Below, one piece after another: positions 28,477 to 37,564 of a DNA stretch of 49,939 bases. Position numbers and translations under genes: made by a program. The notes beneath the pieces were generated by a model. That model was not told where the DNA came from. It ran no database searches and saw only the letters and a list, made by a program, of their open reading frames with translations. Source of the stretch: Bacteroidota bacterium (lineage in GTDB: Bacteria > Bacteroidota > Bacteroidia > J057 > RFSG01); assembly GCA_947459115.1 (NCBI GenBank), contig CANHCC010000002.1, forward strand, positions 1-49,939, given 5' to 3'. The stretch's first letter is position 1. Each line of letters opens with the position of its first letter.

Positions 28477-28500
28477 TATGCAGTTAATCTGATACAAAAA

Positions 28501-28533
28501 ATCCCGGTTCTGTAAAGGACCGGGATTTTTTTT
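28501..28533 (+). terminator. Rho-independent terminator of rpsA
   Basis: ATCCCGGTTC (28501-28510) pairs with GGACCGGGAT (28517-28526), with one G-U pair and loop TGTAAA. A T-run follows at 28526-28533. Confidence 0.8.
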
Positions 28534-28780
28534 GGGGGGAGTGTGGGGAAGGATTACAGGGGATTTTAAGTTAGGTACTTCCAGGATTATACGCTCTACG
28601 CAGTTAATGGTAGGTAGGCTTTAATTTGTCCGGCTCTATGGTCGGATTTTTTATTAGCATTTTATAACAGCAAGAATCTGATTCGCAAGTTCAAAAAAGT
28701 GCATTCTTCCCCTATTATCGCTTCATAAAAAAAAGGTTACACTTGAGATAGATTTAAGTAGTTTCTTAAAAATTATCGTT

Positions 28781-29101
28781 ATGAGCGAAACAAAAGAAAG
28801 AAAGGATGTGTATGCTATCGTAACTGAGCGTATCATTCAACAGTTAGAAAAGGGTGTAGCGCCCTGGCAAAAGCCCTGGAGGGCGGATCAGGTACCCAAA
28901 AACCTCATTTCCGGGCGACCTTACCGTGGGATCAACCTTATCCTTCTATCAACCCTAGGGTATGAACACAATCTGTTTCTGAGCAAAAAGCAGATTGCAG
29001 CCCTGGGAGCGAGTGCAAAGGAAAAGGAAAGGCCTCACCTGGTGGTATTTTGGAAATGGGTAGAAGTCTCTGATGAAGATGTGTCTGCTCCCCATTCTTA
29101 G
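28781..29101 (+). pseudogene. Truncated ArdC-like (DUF1738 N-terminal ssDNA-binding domain) gene fragment
   Basis: The 106-aa ORF reads VYAIVTERIIQQLEKGVAPWQKPW....P.N..SGRPYRGINLILL...GY....FLSKKQI.ALGA...KEKERPHLVVFWKW. This matches the ArdC N-domain, but the C-terminal metalloprotease half (about 200 aa) is missing. It is flanked by about 240 and 420 bp with no credible ORF. Confidence 0.6.
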
Positions 29102-29523
29102 TGCGGTTTAAAGATAAACAATATTTCATTCCTTTGAGCAGATCCTTATTTCCCTCTGGGGGGCGTATCAAAGCATGTGCTGAGCCTGGTCGAAGTATGC
29201 CCGAGCGGGTAGTTCTAAGAATACCTTACTATATGTAAAGAGGAATTACCAAGTAAATAATGCGAAGAGCCATTTTAATCCGGTATCGATACGATTTGAT
29301 ACGATACGATTCAATTTTGATACGCAATTGTGAGGGTTGGTAGGTTTTTAAATACGCTTGTGCCAAGTTTCATCTGCTTTGCTGCCAAGACTTAGAAAAT
29401 GGCAAAGGACCAGATTCTGTGAGCGTGTAATACGCCCGGAAAACCGGCAAAAATTATAAAAGGTTAGGTTAGATTATTGACTAAATGTCCTCGCCAATCC
29501 CAACTTATTCCAATCCCCAACCC

Positions 29524-31674
29524 CTATGCCACTCCATTCCATTTCCGTATCACCCACTCCAGCGTGAAGAGGAGGAAAAGGATTATCAGGGGCCAGAGCA
29601 GGCGATTTAAATCCATGGCGTGGATGCGGTAGTCCACCACGGTTTTCATGGTTTCCAAGGTAAGGAGTTTGTCGGCAAGGGCCGGGAGGTCTTCAAGTCT
29701 GACGACTTCTCCTCCGCTGCGCTCGGCCAATTGTCGCATCAGGCCGGCATCTGCGGTTAATCTTAAAAATTCAATGTCGGATTTACCCACACTGAACTGC
29801 CCCTGGTCTTTCAGGACGGTCTTATCTTTCAGCGTGGTTTCGGCCCGAAAGGTATAGGTGCCTTCGGGTAAGCCGAAGAGTTCAAGGCTGTATTGCTTAT
29901 CAGCATTTTCACTGAGGTAGAAGGTCTGCTCCTCTCCGTCCCCGGGTTGGAGTTTCAATTGGATTTCAGCCCCGCTCAGGGGCTGGTAAGTATCATCATA
30001 GACTTCGCCCCTCAGGAGGATGCGATCGGTCGCGGTAAACAAAGGTTTCACCGGGTAAACCTTGAATTTCCGCTTGTCTTCCCGCGTGGTCAGCCATTGC
30101 AGGCAGTTGCCCAGCCAAATATCAAAGGCATCGAAGGATTGGGTTTCCAGGTAGGCATGCGTGCGCCACCGCCAGATATTCTCCCCAATGATGACCATGT
30201 TTTTCCGACCCAATTGTTCCTGAAAGGCAAACACGGGAAATTGCAGTTTCACGGATTTGATAATGGCTTTGCCATACACCCTCGTATTGGACTTTGGTTG
30301 CCAGTCGCTATTGTTGCGAATCAGGGGAGGGGCATGCGTCAGCCATTCATCCCATTTACTGTCAAAGGTCCAGGTGGCATGGTTATGATAGGCGGGTTCG
30401 ATATAAGTCAGGGCTTCTGATGTTTGCTCAGACCAGGTCGCCGGTACGACGCCAAGATATTTTAACAGGCGTTCATCGGTACGCATGTCTGTCTGAGCGC
30501 CTGCGATAAACAATACCGGTACATTGCCTTTCTCTACCCGGTCCAGAATCTGATTCAGCCACTCTTTGTCCTGAGGGCCGGCCGGGAAGTTATGAAACAC
30601 AAACAAGTCATAATCCTGTAGCGTTTTGGCATCCGGATTCAGATAAAAGGAAGACTTGGTTTTGCGTTTATAGACTTCCGACTGGTATTGGTCGAACCGG
30701 GTGAGAGCTCTTTGAATGGCGCCAAGATCGGGATGAGGGCCTCCGGCAAAGACGGCAATCTTCATGCGGTTTTCCAGAACCTTTAAATAAAATCTGGCCT
30801 GGTTGTTTTGCAGGACTTTCTCACCCGGAAGCGATTTTACCTGAAATTCATAGGCCTGTTGCCCCGCTTCTGTGGGTTTGACGGAGAAGAATAATTCTTG
30901 CTCCGGCAGATCTGCTCTTACCTGTATTTTTCTGGCATCGAGAATTTTCCCTTTGTGCAGCAGCTTTACTTCTGTCTCTTCCCCATTATAGCCGGTACTT
31001 CTAAGCAAAACTCTGACAGGCACTTCACTGCCGATGTAGGCGATTTCATTGACTTGTATATCACCAATGCTGAGGTCTTTTCGAGGAACGGTATCTCCGG
31101 CCAGCACGGTATAAACCGGTGCGCCGAGGCGGTCGAGCATGTAAAGGGGATTGTCGCCTGAGGTGGTGATGCCATCTGAAAAAATAACAACAGCCGCCAG
31201 TCTTCTGCCGGTAAAGCGTTCTGAAATATCTTTCAGAGCGGAGGTGAGGTTGGTTTCTCCCCGGTTATAATTCAGACTATCCGGATGAAAACTGCCGGTA
31301 ATCCCTTCTCCAAAATTAAAGGCCTGCAAGCTTCCTTCCGCTTCAGGAATATTGCGTTCAAAGCCTTTGAACTGTTCCGGTAAGAGCGTTTTAATGCGGC
31401 TTGAATCTTCCGAGGCCATCATACTTTCGGAGGCATCGTGGAGCCAGGCAATGACCGGGAGGTTCCGGACTTTTTCCTGAGAGCGAATCACGGGCTCTAG
31501 CAGGAAGGTCAGGATAATGGCCACGATCAGCGCACGGATGCTAAGCAGAGTCCACCACACGGTCGGGCTGAACCGTTCTTTGGCATTGCGATAGGAAAGC
31601 CAGGCCAAACCTGCCGATACCGGCAGAATCAGCAGAAACCAGAAAGGGGAAAAGGAAAATTCAAGTTCAAACAT
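29524..31674 (-). CDS. Membrane protein with BatA-like N-terminal double-TM domain and vWA-like (DxSxS) domain
   Basis: 716 aa. The N-terminus FWFLLILPVSAGLAWLSYR..(TM2) has the Bat/aerotolerance N-terminal anchor look. LHDASESM is MIDAS-like. There is a C-terminal TM segment, LLWPLIILFLLFTLEWVI. Confidence 0.5.
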   Translation of the reverse strand: MFELEFSFSPFWFLLILPVSAGLAWLSYRNAKERFSPTVWWTLLSIRALIVAIILTFLLEPVIRSQEKVRNLPVIAWLHDASESMMASEDSSRIKTLLPEQFKGFERNIPEAEGSLQAFNFGEGITGSFHPDSLNYNRGETNLTSALKDISERFTGRRLAAVVIFSDGITTSGDNPLYMLDRLGAPVYTVLAGDTVPRKDLSIGDIQVNEIAYIGSEVPVRVLLRSTGYNGEETEVKLLHKGKILDARKIQVRADLPEQELFFSVKPTEAGQQAYEFQVKSLPGEKVLQNNQARFYLKVLENRMKIAVFAGGPHPDLGAIQRALTRFDQYQSEVYKRKTKSSFYLNPDAKTLQDYDLFVFHNFPAGPQDKEWLNQILDRVEKGNVPVLFIAGAQTDMRTDERLLKYLGVVPATWSEQTSEALTYIEPAYHNHATWTFDSKWDEWLTHAPPLIRNNSDWQPKSNTRVYGKAIIKSVKLQFPVFAFQEQLGRKNMVIIGENIWRWRTHAYLETQSFDAFDIWLGNCLQWLTTREDKRKFKVYPVKPLFTATDRILLRGEVYDDTYQPLSGAEIQLKLQPGDGEEQTFYLSENADKQYSLELFGLPEGTYTFRAETTLKDKTVLKDQGQFSVGKSDIEFLRLTADAGLMRQLAERSGGEVVRLEDLPALADKLLTLETMKTVVDYRIHAMDLNRLLWPLIILFLLFTLEWVIRKWNGVA

Positions 31675-31716
31675 GAAAGTGTTTCTGTATTCAGAACTGT
31701 CAGAGACAGTCAGGAA

Positions 31717-32463
31717 TTACATTTTCATCCCTCCGTCGATATGGATGACCTGTCCGGTGACATAGGAAGAGAGGTCAGAGCCCAGGAAGACGCAAACATC
31801 CGATACATCTTTTACGGTACCGGGGCGGTTCAGGGGAATGCTTTTGAGCCAGGCATCAATTTCGGCCTGAGGAATGGCCTGGGTCATTTCGGTCATGATA
31901 AATCCGGGGGCAATGGCATTAGCCCGTATGTTGCGGGAGCCTAATTCTTTGGCAACGGATTTGGTGAAACCGATAATTCCGGATTTAGAAGCGGCATAAT
32001 TGGCTTGTCCTGCATTACCGTCTATCCCCACCACAGAGGAGACATTGATAAAGGCACCGCTTTTCTGCTTCATCATGGTTTTGATGGCAGCCTTGGTATA
32101 ATTAAACACACTTTTCAGGTTGATGTCAATTACCAGGTCAAAGGCTTCTTCCGTCATTCGAAGGAGGAGATTGTCTCGGGTAATTCCGGCATTGTTGACG
32201 ACGATGTCGAGTTTGCCAAACACGGCGACGATATCGTCCACCACTTCCTGAGCGCGGTTAAACTCTGCGGCATTGGCATGATAGCCTTTTGCCTGGACCG
32301 AGAGGGCTTTGAGTTCTGCCTCCATGGCCTGGATGTTTTCTTCCGGGGCAATGTCGGTAAAAGCGACATCAGCTCCCTGACGGGCGTATTCCAAAGCAAT
32401 GGCCTTGCCAATGCCACGGGTGGCGCCGGTAATCAACGCGGTTTTTCCTTGCAATAATTTCAT
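31717..32463 (-). CDS. fabG: 3-oxoacyl-[acyl-carrier-protein] reductase
   Basis: 248 aa. It contains TGATRGIGKAIA, NNAGIT and YAASKSG, with strong overall FabG resemblance. Confidence 0.9.
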   Translation of the reverse strand: MKLLQGKTALITGATRGIGKAIALEYARQGADVAFTDIAPEENIQAMEAELKALSVQAKGYHANAAEFNRAQEVVDDIVAVFGKLDIVVNNAGITRDNLLLRMTEEAFDLVIDINLKSVFNYTKAAIKTMMKQKSGAFINVSSVVGIDGNAGQANYAASKSGIIGFTKSVAKELGSRNIRANAIAPGFIMTEMTQAIPQAEIDAWLKSIPLNRPGTVKDVSDVCVFLGSDLSSYVTGQVIHIDGGMKM

Positions 32464-32481
32464 GAGGTAAAAATAAGCATT

Positions 32482-32928
32482 TCAGATTTGCGGACGATAG
32501 GATAAATGGGAACAAATCAAATCAAAAGCCTCCCAGTCTCCGGCTTTCAAAACGATGATTCGGTCAAAATAGTGAAAAGAAGCGGCATTTTCTTCCCTGG
32601 AGAAATTGCTTAACTCCAGGGGAAAAGTCTTGGTTTCTTTACTAAAGAGGACTTCCCATACACTGAGTACGGCAAAATGTTCTTGTAAAAAGAAGACTTC
32701 CGCTATCTGACGCCGCATACTCACGACGGCCATCAGATTCCCTGCCACCAACGCAAGGGCAAAGCCTACGAGGGCAAATAGAAAAATGTCTTGGTGCTTA
32801 AACACTCTGAGTAGGGTGAGCAGCATCACCACCATGGAAAGGCGACCAAATTGAATCATGGCCTGTTCCTGGAAGATCAGCCATTTTTTTCGTTTTCCCG
32901 GATAGAATCGGCTTTTGAAACTGTTCAT
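32482..32928 (-). CDS. Hypothetical membrane protein
   Basis: 148 aa with two predicted TM segments. It overlaps the fmt stop by 4 bp. Confidence 0.5.
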   Translation of the reverse strand: MNSFKSRFYPGKRKKWLIFQEQAMIQFGRLSMVVMLLTLLRVFKHQDIFLFALVGFALALVAGNLMAVVSMRRQIAEVFFLQEHFAVLSVWEVLFSKETKTFPLELSNFSREENAASFHYFDRIIVLKAGDWEAFDLICSHLSYRPQI

Positions 32929-33851
32929 GTGTTCAGAAATTCTGGCAGGTCATGTCCAAGGAGAAAAGCGGAGGCCTCCATGCGTTTTTTGCCTTCGGGC
33001 TGTAGCTCTAATATTTCCAGCCAGGCATCCTTGCCAGATACCAACAGGTGTTTACCCGATTTTAGGACTTTTCCCGGCACCGGTGGCGCCGAAAACATCA
33101 TTGCAGGCGCCGTCTTGTAGATTTTGACCACCATGCCGTTGGCGGTACACCAGGCGCCCGGATAAGGCGAAAGACCTCTCACAAGGTTATGAAGAGCGGA
33201 TGCCGGTTGATGGAAATCCAGTTTACAGGTCTCCCGGAAAATTTTAGGTGCGGCATGCAGCGCCAGAGAAATATCCTGAGGCCGGGGGTGAAGCATGCCC
33301 GCTTCCAGACCTGCTAAAGTTTCCACCACCAGGTCGGCTCCTTTAATGCTCAGATGGTCATGTAAATCACCCGCATTCCATTCGGGCGGAATGGGGGTTT
33401 TGTATTGAAGTAATATTTGTCCTGTATCTATTTCCTTTTCGATAAAGAAGGTGGTTGCGCCGGTCTGGGTTTCCCCATTGATCAGCACATGATTGATGGG
33501 CGCTGCGCCTCTGTAATCGGGCAAAAGAGAAGCATGCAGGTTGATGGTGCCCTTGGGGGGCATCTGCCATACCACTTCCGGCAACATCCGGAACGCTACC
33601 ACGACAAACAGGTCTGCTTCGTAACCTGACAGGGCCTGAAGAAAATCCGGATCCCGAAGTTTTTCTGGTTGAAGAACCGGAATAGAATGATTTAAGGCAG
33701 CCTGTTTCACCGGAGAGGACTGAAGTTGCCGACCTCTGCCGGCTGGTTTATCTGCTGCTGTTACAACTGCCCTTACCTCATGCCCCGCCCTTATCAGCGA
33801 CTCCAATGTCGGAACTGCAAAGTCCGGGGTGCCCATAAAAATTAGTTTCAT
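32925..33851 (-). CDS. fmt: Methionyl-tRNA formyltransferase
   Basis: 308 aa. It contains IFMGTPDFAVP, KPAGRG and INLHASLLP.YRGAAPI. Confidence 0.95.
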   Translation of the reverse strand: MKLIFMGTPDFAVPTLESLIRAGHEVRAVVTAADKPAGRGRQLQSSPVKQAALNHSIPVLQPEKLRDPDFLQALSGYEADLFVVVAFRMLPEVVWQMPPKGTINLHASLLPDYRGAAPINHVLINGETQTGATTFFIEKEIDTGQILLQYKTPIPPEWNAGDLHDHLSIKGADLVVETLAGLEAGMLHPRPQDISLALHAAPKIFRETCKLDFHQPASALHNLVRGLSPYPGAWCTANGMVVKIYKTAPAMMFSAPPVPGKVLKSGKHLLVSGKDAWLEILELQPEGKKRMEASAFLLGHDLPEFLNT

Positions 33852-34052
33852 GATTCAGTGGATGATGGACAGTATGCTTATGAAGGTGCAAAACTAAAGT
33901 AAAGAAAACAAAATACACCTATTCACCCCATTTGTCCCCCTGAGCTTTTGAAAAAGACCTTCGTGTTTCGATTCTTGCTTTGTGAGCGGATTTCTATGCG
34001 AATTGCCCGAAAAGTTCCGTTTAGATTGTTTTTCCTTGAGAGAGTATTTAGC

Positions 34053-35111
34053 TCAACCAATTTCAATCACCACATCATCCGTCAAAGGATGGCCCACGCA
34101 AGTCAACACATAGCCTTCATTCAACTCTGCATCCGACAATCCCTCTCTTTCATCCAAGTGCATTTGACCTGACTTCAACTTGCCCCGACAGGCCGTGCAC
34201 ACGCCGCCCTGGCAGGAGTAAGGCAAATCTATCCCTTTATCCAGTGCCGCATTCAACACACTTTCATCCGGGTTCACCTCAAAAGCGTATTCCTTCTTGT
34301 CCATAATGACCTTGACCTTGCGTGTTTGTAAGGGGCCGGAAGTTTCGGCTTTGGGGGCATCTGGAGAAGGGGGTGGGGCAGCAAAACTTTCTTTGTGCAC
34401 ACGAGAGGTTGGAATCATCGCATCTGCCAATGTTTGTTTGACCACCTGCATAAAGCCCTCCGGACCACACATATAAAACTGAGCCTCCGCATGGGTGGCC
34501 TGGGGCAATGTGCCGAGGATATGCAGGAGCAGGGTCGTGTTGGGCAGACCCGTATATTCATAAGTTGTGGTCGGGTGATTCAGGATGTGAACGACTTTGA
34601 GGCGATTCGGGTAGGTCTTTTCCAGCTCTTCGAATTCTTTTTTGAAGATGATGCTGTCCTCGTTTTCGTTTGCGTAAATTAAATGAATGACAGAATTAGA
34701 TTCCTGCTTCAGGGCTGTTTTGAGAATAGAAAAAAGAGGAGTGATGCCACTACCTGCTCCAAATAAGATCAAAGGCCTGGAGGCCTGAGGATTCACTTTA
34801 AGGGTGAAATTTCCCATCGGCTCCACAGCTTCCAGAATATCCCCTACTTTAAGTTGTTGATTTAAATATTGGGACATTAAACCTTCCCGAACCTGCTTCA
34901 CGGCTACCGAGAGCTTGGGTAATTCATCCGGTGAAGAACAAAGCGAATAAGACCGGTTAATTTTTTTTCCGTCGATAGGGATACGCAATGTCAGAAATTG
35001 TCCGGGCAGAAAATGAACGGGTTCCGCGTCCAATACCTGAAGGTCAATGACCACCGCGTCACGGGTTTGACGGGTAATTTGAGTAACTTTAAAATTACGA
35101 ATGAGGCTCAT
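34053..35111 (-). CDS. Ferredoxin-NADP reductase-like oxidoreductase with C-terminal 2Fe-2S ferredoxin domain (PaaE-like)
   Basis: 352 aa. It has RSYS (FAD binding), GAGSGITP (NAD binding), and a C-terminal C.GG.C..C...(28 aa)..C plant-type ferredoxin motif. Confidence 0.8.
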   Translation of the reverse strand: MSLIRNFKVTQITRQTRDAVVIDLQVLDAEPVHFLPGQFLTLRIPIDGKKINRSYSLCSSPDELPKLSVAVKQVREGLMSQYLNQQLKVGDILEAVEPMGNFTLKVNPQASRPLILFGAGSGITPLFSILKTALKQESNSVIHLIYANENEDSIIFKKEFEELEKTYPNRLKVVHILNHPTTTYEYTGLPNTTLLLHILGTLPQATHAEAQFYMCGPEGFMQVVKQTLADAMIPTSRVHKESFAAPPPSPDAPKAETSGPLQTRKVKVIMDKKEYAFEVNPDESVLNAALDKGIDLPYSCQGGVCTACRGKLKSGQMHLDEREGLSDAELNEGYVLTCVGHPLTDDVVIEIG

Positions 35112-35255
35112 TAGAGGATTAAATCAAAAGAAAGTGTAAAATTAAGGGAATATTGAAAGCAGGCGTGTAATCCTGATTTAGAAAGATGCTTTTTCGAATA
35201 CGTCCATTTGTGACAAGGAGGATTTTTTGTATCTTTGAACTTCTTAATTCCATTT

Positions 35256-37412
35256 ATGAAGAATACGAAATACGCCCTTTCCCAGTTGATTCGACGCACT
35301 TTGTTACTATGTGTCTTCTCTCTTTCCCTTTTCTCCCTTTCAGCTCAACAACATCCCTTCTGCGGAACGGATCAAGTACACACGCAACACCTCAACCAAC
35401 ATCCGGAAGCAAAAGTTTCTCAGGAGGCATTCGAGCAATTATATCAATCCCTGATGGATGCCCGTTTGAACCAGCAACTTCGGGCTTCTTCTAATCCCGA
35501 TGAATCCGGTTCTGCGGCCTTGAAATACACCATTCCTGTTGTGGTACATATCATCCACAACGGTGGCGTTGAAAACATAACCGATGCCCAGGTGAGAAGT
35601 GCTTTTGTCCGTATCAACGAAGACTTCCGCCGTATGCCTGAAACCAAAGGCTGGGGTGCCGGTCCGGATTTTCAGGTAGAATTTGAATTGGCCACCAAAG
35701 ACCCCAATGGTAATCCAACCACAGGGATTAATCGGGTACAATCTCCATTAACCGATCATAATCTGGATACTCAGCAGTCAACTTTAAAGAATCTTATCAA
35801 ATGGAATCAAAATAAGTACTTCAATATTTGGATCGTTAAAAGTATCAATAGCAATGTCTTGGCCTATGCGACCTTCCCTCAAAATGGCGGAAATGCCAAT
35901 GATGGGGTAGTTTGTACCTACTATTGCTGGGGAACTACCGGTGCTGTAGATCCCTCTCGTGCCCTTTGTCGTGTTCCGGTGCATGAGATTGGTCACTGGT
36001 TGGCACTGTTCCATCCCTTCCAGCCGAGCTCCGGTTCTTCAGGATGTACAGGTTCAGGAACCGTGCCTTGTGGCTCTCAGGGAGACCGGGTGTGTGATAC
36101 GCCTCCGGTAGCAGCCGCCAATTTTGGAAACCCCGCCCGAACAAATTCCTGCCAGGAGTCAGGAGACCGTCCTGATAGAACCCGTAATTACATGGATTAT
36201 GTGGATGATCCTTACAAAGATGAATTCAGTGCTGGACAATTGGTGCGTTCTCAACTTGCTTTGGAAAATGACATCTCCAGAAGACAGCTTTATAGCGAAT
36301 CAAATATGCAGGCTACTGGTGTAGGTCCATACCGTACGCCAGAAGCCAACTTTGTGGCTCAAAATCGTTACCCTTGTGTGAATACACCGGTGCAGTTTGT
36401 AGATTGGTCCAATGGTTACGCGACTTCCTGGTCCTGGTCATTTCCCGGAGGGACTCCGGCTACCGCCTCAGTTCGTAATCCCTCTGTAACATACGCTGCG
36501 CCCGGTACTTATGATGTTACGCTTACCGTTACAAATCAGACCGGCACCTCTACAGCATTTACAAAAACGGCTTACATCGTCGTAACTGATCAGGTTGTGA
36601 ATTTCCCATTCACTGAAGGTTTTGAAAGCGGTACCTTTCCTCCAAGTGGCTGGCGTGTTCACAACCCCGATGCCAGCGTCACTTTTGTACGCCTGAATTC
36701 TATTGGCGGATTCGGAAACAGTACCACCTCCACCCGTATCTCACAATTTACCTATCGTGCCTATGATCAAAGAGATGAATTGATTACCCCTCCGATTAAC
36801 CTTGCAGGGTCCGTTCATCCAATGCTGTATTTTTCTATGGCCTACACCCGTCATTCTGATCTTTACACAGATACCTTCGAAGTGTATGCCTCCGAGGACT
36901 GCGGCGCCTCATGGAATCAGGTTTATCGCAATGGTGGTGCAACGATGATTACCAATAGTGGTCCTCAAACTTCAACCTTTACACCGGGTGCTTCTGATTG
37001 GATTGTGGCTAATGCAGATTTGTCTGCCTTTGCAGGTAAGAATAATGTTAGGGTAAAATTTGTGAGCGTAAATGGTTATGGAAATAATTTATATCTGGAT
37101 GATATTGAGTTCAGAGAGCCATGGGCCGTTTCCAATGGATCAGAATTGGTGTTGGATAGCAAGATGTTTACTTCCCCTAATCCTTTTGTTGATGGATTTT
37201 CTCTACATGTGATTGCGCCTGCAGAAGAGACTCTGGAGGTGAGTTTGATGGATATTACAGGTAGAAAGATCTGGTCAGGTGGGGCATTCTCTGTAATTGC
37301 CGGTAAGAACGAACTTCAGCTTACCCCGAGCGGATTGGCGCCAGGGGTATATCTTGTAAAGGTTCAGAATCTAAAAGGGGTGGCTCAAACCCTGAAAGTG
37401 GTGAAGGAATAA
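35256..37412 (+). CDS. Secreted M43 (pappalysin/cytophagalysin-like) zinc metalloprotease with PKD domain and T9SS C-terminal sorting domain
   Basis: It contains HEIGHWLALFH (HExxHxxxxxH), CDTPP and NYMDY. PKD-like sequence follows (WSFPGGTP....NPSVTY..PGTYDVTLTVTN). The C-terminus reads SPNPFVDGFSL......LEVSLMDITGRKIW.....GKNELQL.....PGVYLVKV. The track ORF starts at TTG 35235; I prefer the ATG at 35256 (MKNTKY..signal peptide). Confidence 0.85.
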   Translation: MKNTKYALSQLIRRTLLLCVFSLSLFSLSAQQHPFCGTDQVHTQHLNQHPEAKVSQEAFEQLYQSLMDARLNQQLRASSNPDESGSAALKYTIPVVVHIIHNGGVENITDAQVRSAFVRINEDFRRMPETKGWGAGPDFQVEFELATKDPNGNPTTGINRVQSPLTDHNLDTQQSTLKNLIKWNQNKYFNIWIVKSINSNVLAYATFPQNGGNANDGVVCTYYCWGTTGAVDPSRALCRVPVHEIGHWLALFHPFQPSSGSSGCTGSGTVPCGSQGDRVCDTPPVAAANFGNPARTNSCQESGDRPDRTRNYMDYVDDPYKDEFSAGQLVRSQLALENDISRRQLYSESNMQATGVGPYRTPEANFVAQNRYPCVNTPVQFVDWSNGYATSWSWSFPGGTPATASVRNPSVTYAAPGTYDVTLTVTNQTGTSTAFTKTAYIVVTDQVVNFPFTEGFESGTFPPSGWRVHNPDASVTFVRLNSIGGFGNSTTSTRISQFTYRAYDQRDELITPPINLAGSVHPMLYFSMAYTRHSDLYTDTFEVYASEDCGASWNQVYRNGGATMITNSGPQTSTFTPGASDWIVANADLSAFAGKNNVRVKFVSVNGYGNNLYLDDIEFREPWAVSNGSELVLDSKMFTSPNPFVDGFSLHVIAPAEETLEVSLMDITGRKIWSGGAFSVIAGKNELQLTPSGLAPGVYLVKVQNLKGVAQTLKVVKE

Positions 37413-37434
37413 GGTTTAAATGGACAACAAAAAA

Positions 37435-37462
37435 GGCGAGTCAACCCCGACTCGCCTTTTTT
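37435..37462 (+). terminator. Rho-independent terminator of the M43 protease gene
   Basis: GGCGAGTC (37435-37442) pairs with GACTCGCC (37449-37456) around loop AACCCC. A T-run follows at 37457-37462. Confidence 0.75.
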
Positions 37463-37463
37463 G

Positions 37464-37510
37464 TTGGTGCAAGCCCCTGCTTGGTGCAAGCCCTTGCTTG
37501 GTGCAAGCCT
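37464..37510. repeat. Three tandem 17-bp units TTGGTGCAAGCCC(Y)TGC, each forming a GCTTG-GTG-CAAGC mini-hairpin
   Basis: Copies lie at 37464-37476, 37481-37493 and 37498-37509. The same 14-mer occurs as an inverted pair at 12833-12866. Confidence 0.85.
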
Positions 37511-37564
37511 AAAATCAAGATAAGGGTGGAAGTCAGACAGAAATAAGATTCTGCATCGCTCAAT

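Noticed and set aside
26533-28497. Long antisense ORFs inside rpsA (272 aa at 26533-27351, plus ORFs of 134, 115, 154 and 159 aa)
   Set aside because: The plus-strand product is an unmistakable six-domain ribosomal protein S1. The antisense ORFs have odd composition (Phe/His/Ser-rich) and no recognisable motifs, which is typical of shadow ORFs.
29893-30420. 175-aa plus-strand ORF, with similar antisense ORFs at 32005-32457 and 38075-38590
   Set aside because: Each lies wholly inside a well-supported minus-strand gene (the 716-aa membrane protein, fabG and the SPFH gene) and has no recognisable motifs.
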